From an uncultured Alphaproteobacteria bacterium (GTDB lineage Bacteria > Pseudomonadota > Alphaproteobacteria > HIMB59 > GCA-002718135), in contig CACBMH010000003.1 in the NCBI GenBank assembly GCA_902539825.1, forward strand, positions 2,592-66,591: DNA of 64,000 nt, in the 5' to 3' direction. Below, in pieces: positions 20,041 through 29,433 of the stretch. The position numbers were made by a program, and so were the translations under genes. The notes under the pieces are model-generated. The model searched no databases, was not told the origin of the DNA, and worked only from the letters and a program-made list of their open reading frames with translations. The stretch's first letter is position 1. Each line of letters opens with the position of its first letter.

Positions 20041-21525
20041 CTAAAAATTAAAATTTTTAGCAATTTTATTATTACTGTTATATAAATCTTTCCAAATTGA
20101 ATACCTTTGTAATAAAAGATCAATTTTATCTTCATTAGGTTCATAAGTTTTACTTATTTTTATTTCACTAATAATATTTTCTTTATTATCAATAGTAGCA
20201 TCCTGATACATTGCTAATCTTGCAACGCCAAGTGCGGCACCAAATTCGCTTTGATCACAAACACTTAACTTTCTATTTAAAAGTGCTGCAAGCAATTCAA
20301 TCCAAAATAAACTTTTTGAACCACCTCCAACCATAAATATTTTATCAAAGTTATTATTAACTTTCAAAATAGAATTTACTCCATCTAATATTCCAAAACT
20401 GACACCTTCAATTACTGCATACTGTAAATCTGTTGCATTTGTAGTTGTTTTTAAAGAATGGAGTGAACCTCTAATATGAGGATCATTATGTGGAGTCCTT
20501 TCTCCAGACAAATAAGGTAAAAAATATGATGAATTTTTTATAGAATTTTTATCATTATAAAATTGCTCTACATTATTAAGTGTATCAGCAATTGAAGTAT
20601 TGGTAATAGCGCAAATCCAATCTAAACAATTACTTGCACTTAACATAACGGACATAAGGTGCCATTTATTTGGTAAACAATGACAAAAAGAATGTACTGC
20701 ATCACCAGTATTACTTAAAAAATTTTCAGTGGGGGTAAAAAAAACGCCTGAAGTACCAAGAGATATAAATGATTGATTTTTATTTGTTATACCCATACCA
20801 GTTGCTGCAGCAGCATTATCCCCTGCTCCACCCACAACTTTAACATTATTATTAAAATTAAATTTCTCTTTTAAATCTTTTTTTAAAAATCCTGTCTGCT
20901 CATTGCCTTCAACTAGATCTGGCATGTGTTTTTCTTCTAAAAATGAGCAAGATAAAAGCTGATTGGACCATTTTCTTTTTTGGATATCTAGCCATAATGT
21001 TCCAGATGCATCTGACATTTCAGAAAAAAATTCACCAGTAAGAACAAATCGTAAATAATCTTTAGGGAGTAAAACTTTAAAAATTTTTTTAAAATTATCT
21101 ATTTCATTATTTTTTATCCAATTTATTTTTGGTGCAGTAAAACCAGGCATAGCAATATTTCCTGAGATTGATCGTACATCAAAATTTTGTTTTTCAAATT
21201 CTTCACACTCTTGATATGATCTTGTATCATTCCAAAGAATACATGGTCTAATAACATTTCCATCCTTATCTATTAACGTAGCTCCATGCATATGACCTGA
21301 TATTCCTATTGAAATAGTTTGTGAAAATTCTTTTGGTTTTTTTGACTTTAAAGCCTCCAAACATTCCATTGTTGAGTCAATCCATTCTTGTGGATTTTGT
21401 TCACTAAAACCATCTTTAGGTGATTGTACAGTAAGACTTGAATTAGCAGATGCAAGGATGCTTTGATTTTGATCTATTAAAATCATTTTGATTGATGAAG
21501 TTCCAAGATCAATTCCAATAAACAT
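20041..21525 (-). CDS. xylB: FGGY-family carbohydrate kinase, xylulokinase-like
   Basis: It has MFIGIDLGTSS, GISGHMHG, GGAGDNAAAA and MVGGGSKS motifs and is 494 aa. Confidence 0.8.
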   Translation of the reverse strand: MFIGIDLGTSSIKMILIDQNQSILASANSSLTVQSPKDGFSEQNPQEWIDSTMECLEALKSKKPKEFSQTISIGISGHMHGATLIDKDGNVIRPCILWNDTRSYQECEEFEKQNFDVRSISGNIAMPGFTAPKINWIKNNEIDNFKKIFKVLLPKDYLRFVLTGEFFSEMSDASGTLWLDIQKRKWSNQLLSCSFLEEKHMPDLVEGNEQTGFLKKDLKEKFNFNNNVKVVGGAGDNAAAATGMGITNKNQSFISLGTSGVFFTPTENFLSNTGDAVHSFCHCLPNKWHLMSVMLSASNCLDWICAITNTSIADTLNNVEQFYNDKNSIKNSSYFLPYLSGERTPHNDPHIRGSLHSLKTTTNATDLQYAVIEGVSFGILDGVNSILKVNNNFDKIFMVGGGSKSLFWIELLAALLNRKLSVCDQSEFGAALGVARLAMYQDATIDNKENIISEIKISKTYEPNEDKIDLLLQRYSIWKDLYNSNNKIAKNFNF

Positions 21526-21574
21526 AGATTAAATTTATAACATTAATTTTTTAATTGATACAAAGAAATTAAAA

Positions 21575-22429
21575 CTACTTGTAAGAATATCTAAATATAA
21601 ATATTCCTGATGAAACAATAATGATTGCTCCTATTATTGTAAATATATCTGGGATTTCTCCATATACTAATAAGCCAAAAATTATTCCCCAAACAATTAT
21701 AGTATAATTATAAGGCGCTAGAATACTTGCTGGTGTTATACTCAATGCTTTAATTTGTAAAAATAAACCAGTACAAAAAAAGATACCCAAAAAAATAAAA
21801 AAGATAAAAGAAAATGAATGTAGAGGTTGCCAGAAAAAAAGTGATAGTACAAATGTAATGATAGCACCTATAAGGCCATTATAGAATAACATAGTTTCGT
21901 TATCATCATACTTAGCATTTAATCTTGTTGCTATTTGAAATAGTGAATAAAAAAAAGCAGCACATAATGGGATAATTAGATATGGATTAAATATAGTTAG
22001 TCCAGGTCGCATAATTAAAATAACTCCACAAAAACTTACACAAATTGCTAACCAAGTGGCTACATTTATTTTTTCTTTTAAAATAAAATAAGAAAAAACT
22101 AAAACTAGAACAGGGGCTAAAGATCCTATTGTGTGAGCATCTGCCAGAGCTAAGTGCCTAAAAGACAATACAAAAAAACAAGATTCGCATACAGATAAAA
22201 TACATCTGGTTATTTGTATCTTGTAATTATTTGAAAGATAAAATTTTTTAACTTTATTTTTTTTTGCAATAAAAAAAGAAAAAATAAAACAGAAAGTAAA
22301 TTTTACAAATAATAATACAAAAACAGAGTGATATTGAACTGCTGTTTTTTGAATTGTATCTAAAATACCAAAAGATAAGTAAGTTAAAAGAGTTAAAATT
22401 ATTCCATAGGTATAGGGATTTGATTTCAT
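21575..22429 (-). CDS. EamA/DMT-family transporter
   Basis: It has about 10 predicted TM helices in two EamA-like repeats and is 284 aa. Confidence 0.8.
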   Translation of the reverse strand: MKSNPYTYGIILTLLTYLSFGILDTIQKTAVQYHSVFVLLFVKFTFCFIFSFFIAKKNKVKKFYLSNNYKIQITRCILSVCESCFFVLSFRHLALADAHTIGSLAPVLVLVFSYFILKEKINVATWLAICVSFCGVILIMRPGLTIFNPYLIIPLCAAFFYSLFQIATRLNAKYDDNETMLFYNGLIGAIITFVLSLFFWQPLHSFSFIFFIFLGIFFCTGLFLQIKALSITPASILAPYNYTIIVWGIIFGLLVYGEIPDIFTIIGAIIIVSSGIFIFRYSYK

Positions 22430-22434
22430 ATTTA

Positions 22435-23625
22435 TTAAAGATTTTTAAAGATATTATTGTAAAAATCTTTTTTAATATTCTTATCTGCATCTAAAATTTG
22501 CATCATTAAAACAGCTGACAAATTATTTTTTGGATCTGCCAAAAAATAAGTAGCGGCATAACCTGACCATCCAAATTCTCCAACTGGACCAAACTTATTT
22601 TGAGAGGTATTATTCATTAAAACTCTAAATCCTAAACCCCAACCATATCCATCTAGATCATTTTCATAATCTTCATCTTTATTTGTATTAATTGATGTGA
22701 TTTCAATTGGAAATAACTCTTTATTTAAAGAATTATTTCGCATTAATTCTAAACTTTGAGAATTAATGAGCTCTTTTCCATTTTTATTTTTACCATCGAT
22801 AAGCATTGTAGCAAATTTTTCATAATCTTCAGCTGTAGAAAACAAACCATGGCCTCCTCTGGAATAATTTTTATTATTTGCTGGGTACCCGTATAATATT
22901 AACTTTCTTTTATCGTAATTTAAATTTGTTAGTTTTAATTTTTCGCTGTTATATTCAAATGTTTCAACTAACTCACTATTACTATTTTCATCAATATAAA
23001 AATTTGTATTATTCATTTCTAAAGGTAAAAAAATATTTTCGTTTAAAACGTCAAAAATTTTATCTTTTGTTACAACTTCTATAATTCTGGCTAAAACATC
23101 AATAGATATAGAATAATGCCATTTTGAACCAGGTTCATATAACAGTGGTAATTCGGAAATTTTACTAATCTCTTCCTCCAAACTTGAAGATGCAGAATGA
23201 AATAAACTTCTATCCTCATATTCTTGAGCTAAAAAATTATCACAACTGTTATATGTAAAGCCTGCTGTATGTTGTAAAAGTTGTCTAACAGTAGGTTTAT
23301 TTTCTAGAGAAGTTGTATTTTTTAATTTACTCTCAATACTACTAAGTTTTTTTAAATTTTTAAAATCAGATAAATGTTTATCTATAGTATCATCAAGAGA
23401 TAAGAAATTTTTTTCAATTAATTGCATTGCTGCAAAACCAATAATTGGCTTTGTCATTGACCAAATTCTATAATATGAATTTTTATTGAGCTTATTTTTT
23501 AATTCCAAATCTTTGTAACCAATTACTTCATGATAAATATTATTTTTATGATTTATTATCCATTCAGCTCCATTACATCTTCCTGCATCAATATGTTTTT
23601 GAAAATCTAATTTAATATTATCCAT
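22435..23625 (-). CDS. beta-lactamase-fold serine hydrolase (class C / esterase-like)
   Basis: It has the S-x-x-K motif SMTKP and the C-terminal GWSGYAATYFLADP typical of the family. The substrate is unknown. Confidence 0.75.
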   Translation of the reverse strand: MDNIKLDFQKHIDAGRCNGAEWIINHKNNIYHEVIGYKDLELKNKLNKNSYYRIWSMTKPIIGFAAMQLIEKNFLSLDDTIDKHLSDFKNLKKLSSIESKLKNTTSLENKPTVRQLLQHTAGFTYNSCDNFLAQEYEDRSLFHSASSSLEEEISKISELPLLYEPGSKWHYSISIDVLARIIEVVTKDKIFDVLNENIFLPLEMNNTNFYIDENSNSELVETFEYNSEKLKLTNLNYDKRKLILYGYPANNKNYSRGGHGLFSTAEDYEKFATMLIDGKNKNGKELINSQSLELMRNNSLNKELFPIEITSINTNKDEDYENDLDGYGWGLGFRVLMNNTSQNKFGPVGEFGWSGYAATYFLADPKNNLSAVLMMQILDADKNIKKDFYNNIFKNL

Positions 23626-23632
23626 AAATGGA

Positions 23633-24631
23633 TTAGATTAGACTCTTTATCTTTTCTATTAGCTCTGAATTAATTTGTCTTGGACCTTTATCTTGCCTAT
23701 TAGTGTGTCTTCGTTGTCCAGGTAAACGCACACCGTCTAAAGATGTCATTTGTTCAAAAAATTTCTCAGCATGTTCATTCCAATTTTTTCCTGCAATAAG
23801 CTCTGGAGATAATGCCATAATAAATTCACCACCCCTTGCAGGACCGCCATCATTATTGTCTTCTTCTTTAGCTTCAAAACTAAATAAATCTCCTACTAGA
23901 CCTGCAGCTAATAACTCAATCATCATTGCTATTGCAGAACCTTTGTAGTCGCCAAATGTTAAAAGGACTCCTCCATTTGCAATTTCAGATGGATTATCAG
24001 TTTTTTCTCCATCTTTATTTAGGCCTGTTCCAAATGGAACTTTGTGACCATCACGTGCTGCAACCTGAACCTCTCCCATCGCCATTGTTGAAGTTGCCAT
24101 ATCGTAGACTACAGGGGTGTTATTTTTTCTTGGCCAAGCAAATGATATTGGATTAGTTCCAAATAGTGGTTTCTTTGCACCAGCTGGAGCCACACTTGGT
24201 TTATATGCAGTACAAGCAATTCCAATTAAATTATTTTCTGCTAATGATTCAGTTTCATGCCATAAGGCTGCAAAGTGATGAGTATTAGTTATAGTTAAAA
24301 CACCAACTCCATGTTTATTTGTCGTTTTTATCAATTCAGGCAAACCAACTTTGATTCCTACAGGAGCAAACCCATAATCACCTTCAACACGAATTGCGTT
24401 TTGTGTAAGATAGGTATTTGAAGGTCGTGAAGCTCCATTTACTTTTTTACTTTTTAGCGAAGCTACATAACCAGGAATACGAAACAATCCATGAGAAACA
24501 CTTCCATCTCTTTCAGCATGTGAAACTGTTGTTGCTACAGAATCAGCATTGAAATGATCACATCCATGGGCTGATAGTGCTTTATATGCTAAATCATATA
24601 TATTTTCTAATTCTAATGCTGTGGTATTCAT
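23633..24631 (-). CDS. Ldh_2-family (malate/L-lactate/2-imino-acid) NAD(P)H oxidoreductase
   Basis: It has the SHGLFRIPGYV motif and the length and architecture of the Ldh_2 family, which includes Delta1-pyrroline/piperideine-2-carboxylate reductases. Confidence 0.75.
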   Translation of the reverse strand: MNTTALELENIYDLAYKALSAHGCDHFNADSVATTVSHAERDGSVSHGLFRIPGYVASLKSKKVNGASRPSNTYLTQNAIRVEGDYGFAPVGIKVGLPELIKTTNKHGVGVLTITNTHHFAALWHETESLAENNLIGIACTAYKPSVAPAGAKKPLFGTNPISFAWPRKNNTPVVYDMATSTMAMGEVQVAARDGHKVPFGTGLNKDGEKTDNPSEIANGGVLLTFGDYKGSAIAMMIELLAAGLVGDLFSFEAKEEDNNDGGPARGGEFIMALSPELIAGKNWNEHAEKFFEQMTSLDGVRLPGQRRHTNRQDKGPRQINSELIEKIKSLI

Positions 24632-24664
24632 TTACTTTTATTGAATAATTAATATTATTAATTC

Positions 24665-26035
24665 ATGGATAGAGGATTATTGGACAATTTAAAAGATATT
24701 TTACAAGAAAGAATATCATTTTCAGAAAGTGTCAGAAATAATCATGCAAAAGGTGAAGATGCTTATGACCCTGTTCTACCTAGGGCAGTTTTGTTTCCAA
24801 AAAACAATGAAGAACTCTCAAAAATATTAAAAATTTGTAATGAATTTAAAGTACCAGTAACTGCGTATGGCACTGGTACATCGTTAGAAGGTCATGTGGT
24901 TGGAAATGATGAAGGATTTACAATTTCAATGGAAAATTTTAACAAAATTATTTCTATTAATGAGGCGGACTTTGATTGTCGAGTACAAGCAAATGTATCT
25001 AGAGAAGAACTAAATGAAACTTTAAAAGATAAAGGAGTTTTTTTTCCAATTGATCCTGGTGCAAACGCATCTCTTGGAGGTATGGCAGCTTGTTCAGCCT
25101 CTGGGACGATGGCTGTGAGATATGGAACTATGAAAACAACAGTACTTGGTTTAACCGTTGTAATGGCCAATGGTGAAATTATAAATACAGGAACAAGGTC
25201 CAAAAAAACCTCTGCAGGGTATAATCTTACTAACCTTTTTGTTGGTTCAGAGGGAACTTTAGGAATAATAACTGAAGTGCATCTTCGATTATCTCCAATA
25301 CCAGAGAGCATAATGAGTGCTGTTTGTCAGTTCCCTGATCTAGACTCCGCAGTTTTAACCGCACAAGAAATCATTCAGTATGGTGTCCCTATTGCAAGAG
25401 TAGAATTATTAAATAAAGATCAAATGGATATAAGTATAAAATACTCAAAGCTAGAAAATTTAGAAAGTTTGCCAACACTATTCTATGAATTTCATGGCAG
25501 CGAAATTTCAAATAAAGAATCAATTGATGTAGTGGAAGAAATTTCTAAAAATAATAATGGCAGTGAATTTAAATGGGCTGCAAATACAGAAGAAAGAAAC
25601 AAAATCTGGAAAGCAAGACATAACGTGTATTATTCTGTTAAAGCACAGGGTGATAATATTAGAGTGTATGTCACTGATGTTTGTGTACCTATTTCAAACA
25701 TAGTGGAATGTATTAAATTTGCAGAAACAGAACTTCGGGATACGGGATTAAAGGCACCAATGGTTGGTCATGTTGGTGATGGAAATTTTCATGTATCCAT
25801 TGTCTACGATCCAAGTAAACAAAATGAATACAAATATATTAGAGAATTTAGCAATAGATTAATTGATAAAGCTTTAGAGATGGATGGAACTATTACAGGT
25901 GAACATGGTATTGGTCTTCAAAAGAAAGAATATTTACTGAAGCAACACCCTGATAATGTTCCTCTCATGAAATTAATTAAGAAAAGCTTTGATCCAAATA
26001 ATATTTTGAATCCTGGTAAAGTATTTGATCTTTAA
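24665..26035 (+). CDS. FAD-linked oxidase, D-lactate dehydrogenase / GlcD-like
   Basis: It has an FAD_binding_4 N-terminal domain (GTGTSLEGH), TGEHGIG, and a PNNILNPGK C-terminal tail. Confidence 0.8.
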   Translation: MDRGLLDNLKDILQERISFSESVRNNHAKGEDAYDPVLPRAVLFPKNNEELSKILKICNEFKVPVTAYGTGTSLEGHVVGNDEGFTISMENFNKIISINEADFDCRVQANVSREELNETLKDKGVFFPIDPGANASLGGMAACSASGTMAVRYGTMKTTVLGLTVVMANGEIINTGTRSKKTSAGYNLTNLFVGSEGTLGIITEVHLRLSPIPESIMSAVCQFPDLDSAVLTAQEIIQYGVPIARVELLNKDQMDISIKYSKLENLESLPTLFYEFHGSEISNKESIDVVEEISKNNNGSEFKWAANTEERNKIWKARHNVYYSVKAQGDNIRVYVTDVCVPISNIVECIKFAETELRDTGLKAPMVGHVGDGNFHVSIVYDPSKQNEYKYIREFSNRLIDKALEMDGTITGEHGIGLQKKEYLLKQHPDNVPLMKLIKKSFDPNNILNPGKVFDL

Positions 26036-26044
26036 TTTACTTAT

Positions 26045-27100
26045 TTAAATTTGTTGTAATTTTTTACTTTCAATAGATTTATACATAGCTTCTAATATTT
26101 TTACTGTTTTTAAAGCAAGTGTCCCATCTGAATGATTTTTTACATCTTTATTAAGACATAAATCAACAAAAGTATTCAATGCTTCTTTAGTTCCATAACT
26201 AAATGTACCATCACCCTCCTCTATTTCATAATTTATATTATCTCCGTTATTCAGACGCACAAATAACCGTTCTCTTTTTACTTCCATATCTAAATATAAA
26301 ACACCAAGTGTGCCATGAACTGTAATATAAAAAGTACCTCCAAAATCTTTTGGTACAAATGCACTTCCGGAAAAAGAACCAGTTGCACCATTTGAAAATT
26401 TCATAGAAACTGCATTGGTATAATCAACATTTGTTGGTGAAGGCACAGATAGACAGAATACTTGATCTGGTTCAAGATGAGTAATCTTTAAAACACCTGC
26501 AAACATGTGTGACAATTGCCCCCAACCATATCCTCCTCCTTTATTTGGATCTGACCATGTAGAAGCATGGGGTTGGAATGTATGATTATTAGACTCACTC
26601 AATGGTATCCCTTGAAATAAATCTGTCAAAGATGATGAAAAAGCTGCATCAACATGTTTTATTTCACCTATTTTTTTATTTATTATAATTTCCTCAGCCT
26701 TAGACATAAAATTTTTAAAATTAAAACCATTTGGGATTAAAATATGTTTATTCTTTTTTTTTGCTAATTGGAGAAGTGTTTCAGCTTCTCTAGAAACTGT
26801 AGTCATAGGTTTCTCAATCATTACATGACAATTTTTTTCAAGCGCTGCTTTTGCATTCTCATAATGTGCATGATGCGGTGAAGAAATTACTACTCCATCT
26901 AAATATGATAAATTTAACATTTCTTTAAAATCAGTAGATGCATATTTAAAATTAAATTTATTCTTTACAAAAGTTAATTGGTCTTCTTCAAGCTTACATA
27001 CACTTGTTAATTCAACTTCATCTCTTTCTGCTAAATGCGGGATATGATTTTCTGTTGCCCACCAACCTGCTCCTATGACTCCAATTTTTACTTTATTCAT
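26045..27100 (-). CDS. Gfo/Idh/MocA-family NAD(P) oxidoreductase (candidate sugar 1-dehydrogenase)
   Basis: It has an N-terminal Rossmann fold (KIGVIGAGWW) and an EKP motif (MIEKPM). It lies directly downstream of the mutarotase gene. Confidence 0.8.
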   Translation of the reverse strand: MNKVKIGVIGAGWWATENHIPHLAERDEVELTSVCKLEEDQLTFVKNKFNFKYASTDFKEMLNLSYLDGVVISSPHHAHYENAKAALEKNCHVMIEKPMTTVSREAETLLQLAKKKNKHILIPNGFNFKNFMSKAEEIIINKKIGEIKHVDAAFSSSLTDLFQGIPLSESNNHTFQPHASTWSDPNKGGGYGWGQLSHMFAGVLKITHLEPDQVFCLSVPSPTNVDYTNAVSMKFSNGATGSFSGSAFVPKDFGGTFYITVHGTLGVLYLDMEVKRERLFVRLNNGDNINYEIEEGDGTFSYGTKEALNTFVDLCLNKDVKNHSDGTLALKTVKILEAMYKSIESKKLQQI

Positions 27101-27109
27101 TATTTGTTT

Positions 27110-27421
27110 TTAATCTAAATGCATTTGTAATGGCAACAAGTATGGAAAATTTGTTTTCGGATCAATATCTACTTTCATTATGGGCTCCATATATTTAGAC
27201 CATTTTTTATTAATTTCGCTTTTAGATATAAAGTTAATGGATTTTTTAAGATCATCAGTTTCAAAATATCCAAATAATTTTAATCCATATCTAAAAATAT
27301 TATAATTTCGTAATCCAGCTTCTTTAAGCATTTGAACCATTTCTGGCCAAATTTCATCATGTCTCTTTTTATATTCTTCCTCATATCCTGGTCGGATTTC
27401 AAGAATCCATGCATAATTCAT
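27110..27421 (-). CDS. rhaM: L-rhamnose mutarotase family protein
   Basis: The 103-aa protein has ...YKKRHDEIWPEM...NYNIF, typical of RhaM. I moved the start to the ATG at 27421, which is preceded by AAGAGG. Confidence 0.8.
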   Translation of the reverse strand: MNYAWILEIRPGYEEEYKKRHDEIWPEMVQMLKEAGLRNYNIFRYGLKLFGYFETDDLKKSINFISKSEINKKWSKYMEPIMKVDIDPKTNFPYLLPLQMHLD

Positions 27422-27498
27422 AATACCTCTTTTCAAATAAATTATATGTATTAATTTTATAAACTTATAGATAAAATTAAATTCTATAAAAAATATAA

Positions 27499-28407
27499 AT
27501 GAAAAAAATAGCTATTGTTGATTCACATCATCATCTATGGGACCTTGGTTCTAAAGAAACACATTATCCTTGGTTAAGTGGTAATGAGGATGAAGCTTTT
27601 TATGGAAGTTTTAAAAGTATTAAAAAGAGTTATTTATTAGATGATTATTTAAATGATGCAAAAAATCAAAATCTCGTGAAATCAATACATGTTCAGGCTG
27701 AACATGATGCAATGAACCCGATAGAAGAAACAAAATGGTTACAAAATATTTCAGATAATAATAATTTAAAAATCCCAAATGGGATTGTTGCATTTGCTGA
27801 TTTTTCTGAAGAAAAAGTCAGTGAAGTTCTTGATCAACACCTTGAATATAAAAATGTACGAGGAATTAGACAAATTTTGTCATTTGATAAAGATAAACCG
27901 CAATATTCTCATGCTAAAAAAGATTATTTAAAAGATGAGTTATGGCAAGATAACTTTAGACATTTGACCAATAGAAAATTATCTTTTGATATACAAATAT
28001 ATCCTCATCAGTTTGATGATGCTTGTAAATTAGCAAAACGTTACCCAAATGTACAATTTATCTTAAACCATACTGGTGAACCTTGTTTCCAAACAGAAGA
28101 ATATAAAAAATATTGGATGAGAAAGATGCAATCTTTAGCCGAACATGAAAATTTTGTTTGTAAAATATCAGGGTTGGGGATGTTTAATCCTAGTTGGACA
28201 ATTATTTCTACTGAATATTTTATTCTTAATACAATTGAAATTTTTGGTATTGATAGGTGTATGTTTGGATCAAATTTTCCTGTAGATAAAATTTTTAATA
28301 CTTTTGATAATTATTGGAGTTCATACTTTAATATTGTAAAAAATTTTTCACAAAATGAACATGATAAAATTTTTTTAAAAAATGCAGAGAAGTTTTATAG
28401 AATTTAA
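27499..28407 (+). CDS. Amidohydrolase_2-family metal hydrolase (sugar-lactonase-like)
   Basis: The N-terminal DSHHHLW and the HTGEP and GSNFPVD motifs resemble L-fucono/rhamnono-lactonase-type amidohydrolases. Confidence 0.7.
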   Translation: MKKIAIVDSHHHLWDLGSKETHYPWLSGNEDEAFYGSFKSIKKSYLLDDYLNDAKNQNLVKSIHVQAEHDAMNPIEETKWLQNISDNNNLKIPNGIVAFADFSEEKVSEVLDQHLEYKNVRGIRQILSFDKDKPQYSHAKKDYLKDELWQDNFRHLTNRKLSFDIQIYPHQFDDACKLAKRYPNVQFILNHTGEPCFQTEEYKKYWMRKMQSLAEHENFVCKISGLGMFNPSWTIISTEYFILNTIEIFGIDRCMFGSNFPVDKIFNTFDNYWSSYFNIVKNFSQNEHDKIFLKNAEKFYRI

Positions 28408-29384
28408 TGAGAAATAAAAAAAGTATAGCTATTCTTTTAGGTGATCCATCTGGAATCGGTCCTGAATTAATTTCTAAAATTCTATCTCATAATATTTTAA
28501 AAAAAATAAATATTGTAATTATTGGAGAAAAATCTGTATTTGATGGACATTTAACAAAACAAAAAAATAAAAAAAATATTAAGTTTATTAATAATTTTGA
28601 TCAAATAGAATTTAAAAGTACTAGTAAGATTTTCTTTGATATTACTAAAAAAAAAGTAAGATATCCAATTGGAAAAGCAAATATAAAATCAGGAATTTCT
28701 GTTTTAAATTCTATCGATATAGCGGTTGATTTATATAATAAGAAAAAAATAGATGGAATTAATTTTGCTCCGTTTAATAAAACAAGTTTAGATCTTGCCG
28801 GTATGAAATTTAAGGATGAACTCCATTATTTTAAAAATAAATTTAAAATAAAAAGCTACGTTTGTGAACTTAATGTATTAAATAATTTTTGGACTGCTAG
28901 AGTAACTTCACATATTCCCCTTAAAGATGTTGCAAAAAATATCAATATTAAAAATATTCTTGAACCAATTATGTTAGTTAATAAGTATTTAAAAAAAAAT
29001 GGATTTAAAAATCCAAAAGTAGGTGTTCAAGCTTTAAATCCTCACGCTGAGTTTGGAAATGAAGAGAAAAAAATAATAATTCCTGCAATAAACAAAGCAA
29101 GAAAAATGAAAATCAAAGTTTTTGGCCCGTTACCATGTGATACATCATTTATTAAAGCTTATAAAAATAAAGAGTATAATTGTCTTGTCGGAATGTATCA
29201 TGACGCCATACAATCAGGTCTTAAATCGTTTGGATTTGAAAAAGGTGTTACTGTTCAAGGTGGTCTGCCAATACCCATAACTACTCCTGCTCATGGAACA
29301 GCTTTTGATATTGTGGGTAAAAATAAAGCTAATGTAAGTCCGATGCTAGAATCTTTAAAGTTATTACTTAAACTCTTATCTTAA
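28407..29384 (+). CDS. PdxA-family NAD-dependent hydroxy-acid dehydrogenase/decarboxylase (paralog, not clearly pdxA)
   Basis: It has GDPSGIGPE, NPHAEFG and PAHGTAFDIVGKNKAN motifs and sits in a catabolic context. Confidence 0.75.
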   Translation: MRNKKSIAILLGDPSGIGPELISKILSHNILKKINIVIIGEKSVFDGHLTKQKNKKNIKFINNFDQIEFKSTSKIFFDITKKKVRYPIGKANIKSGISVLNSIDIAVDLYNKKKIDGINFAPFNKTSLDLAGMKFKDELHYFKNKFKIKSYVCELNVLNNFWTARVTSHIPLKDVAKNINIKNILEPIMLVNKYLKKNGFKNPKVGVQALNPHAEFGNEEKKIIIPAINKARKMKIKVFGPLPCDTSFIKAYKNKEYNCLVGMYHDAIQSGLKSFGFEKGVTVQGGLPIPITTPAHGTAFDIVGKNKANVSPMLESLKLLLKLLS

Positions 29385-29433
29385 TATTAAAAAATTCTCT
29401 TAAATTGATTTAAATTAGTATAATAATTATTTT

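Noticed and set aside
22435-23625. The beta-lactamase-fold protein, considered as an antibiotic-resistance determinant.
   Set aside because: The S-x-x-K fold is shared by many esterases, amidases and D-aminopeptidases. There is no signal peptide typical of secreted class C enzymes, and the gene sits in a catabolic operon. Resistance cannot be inferred.
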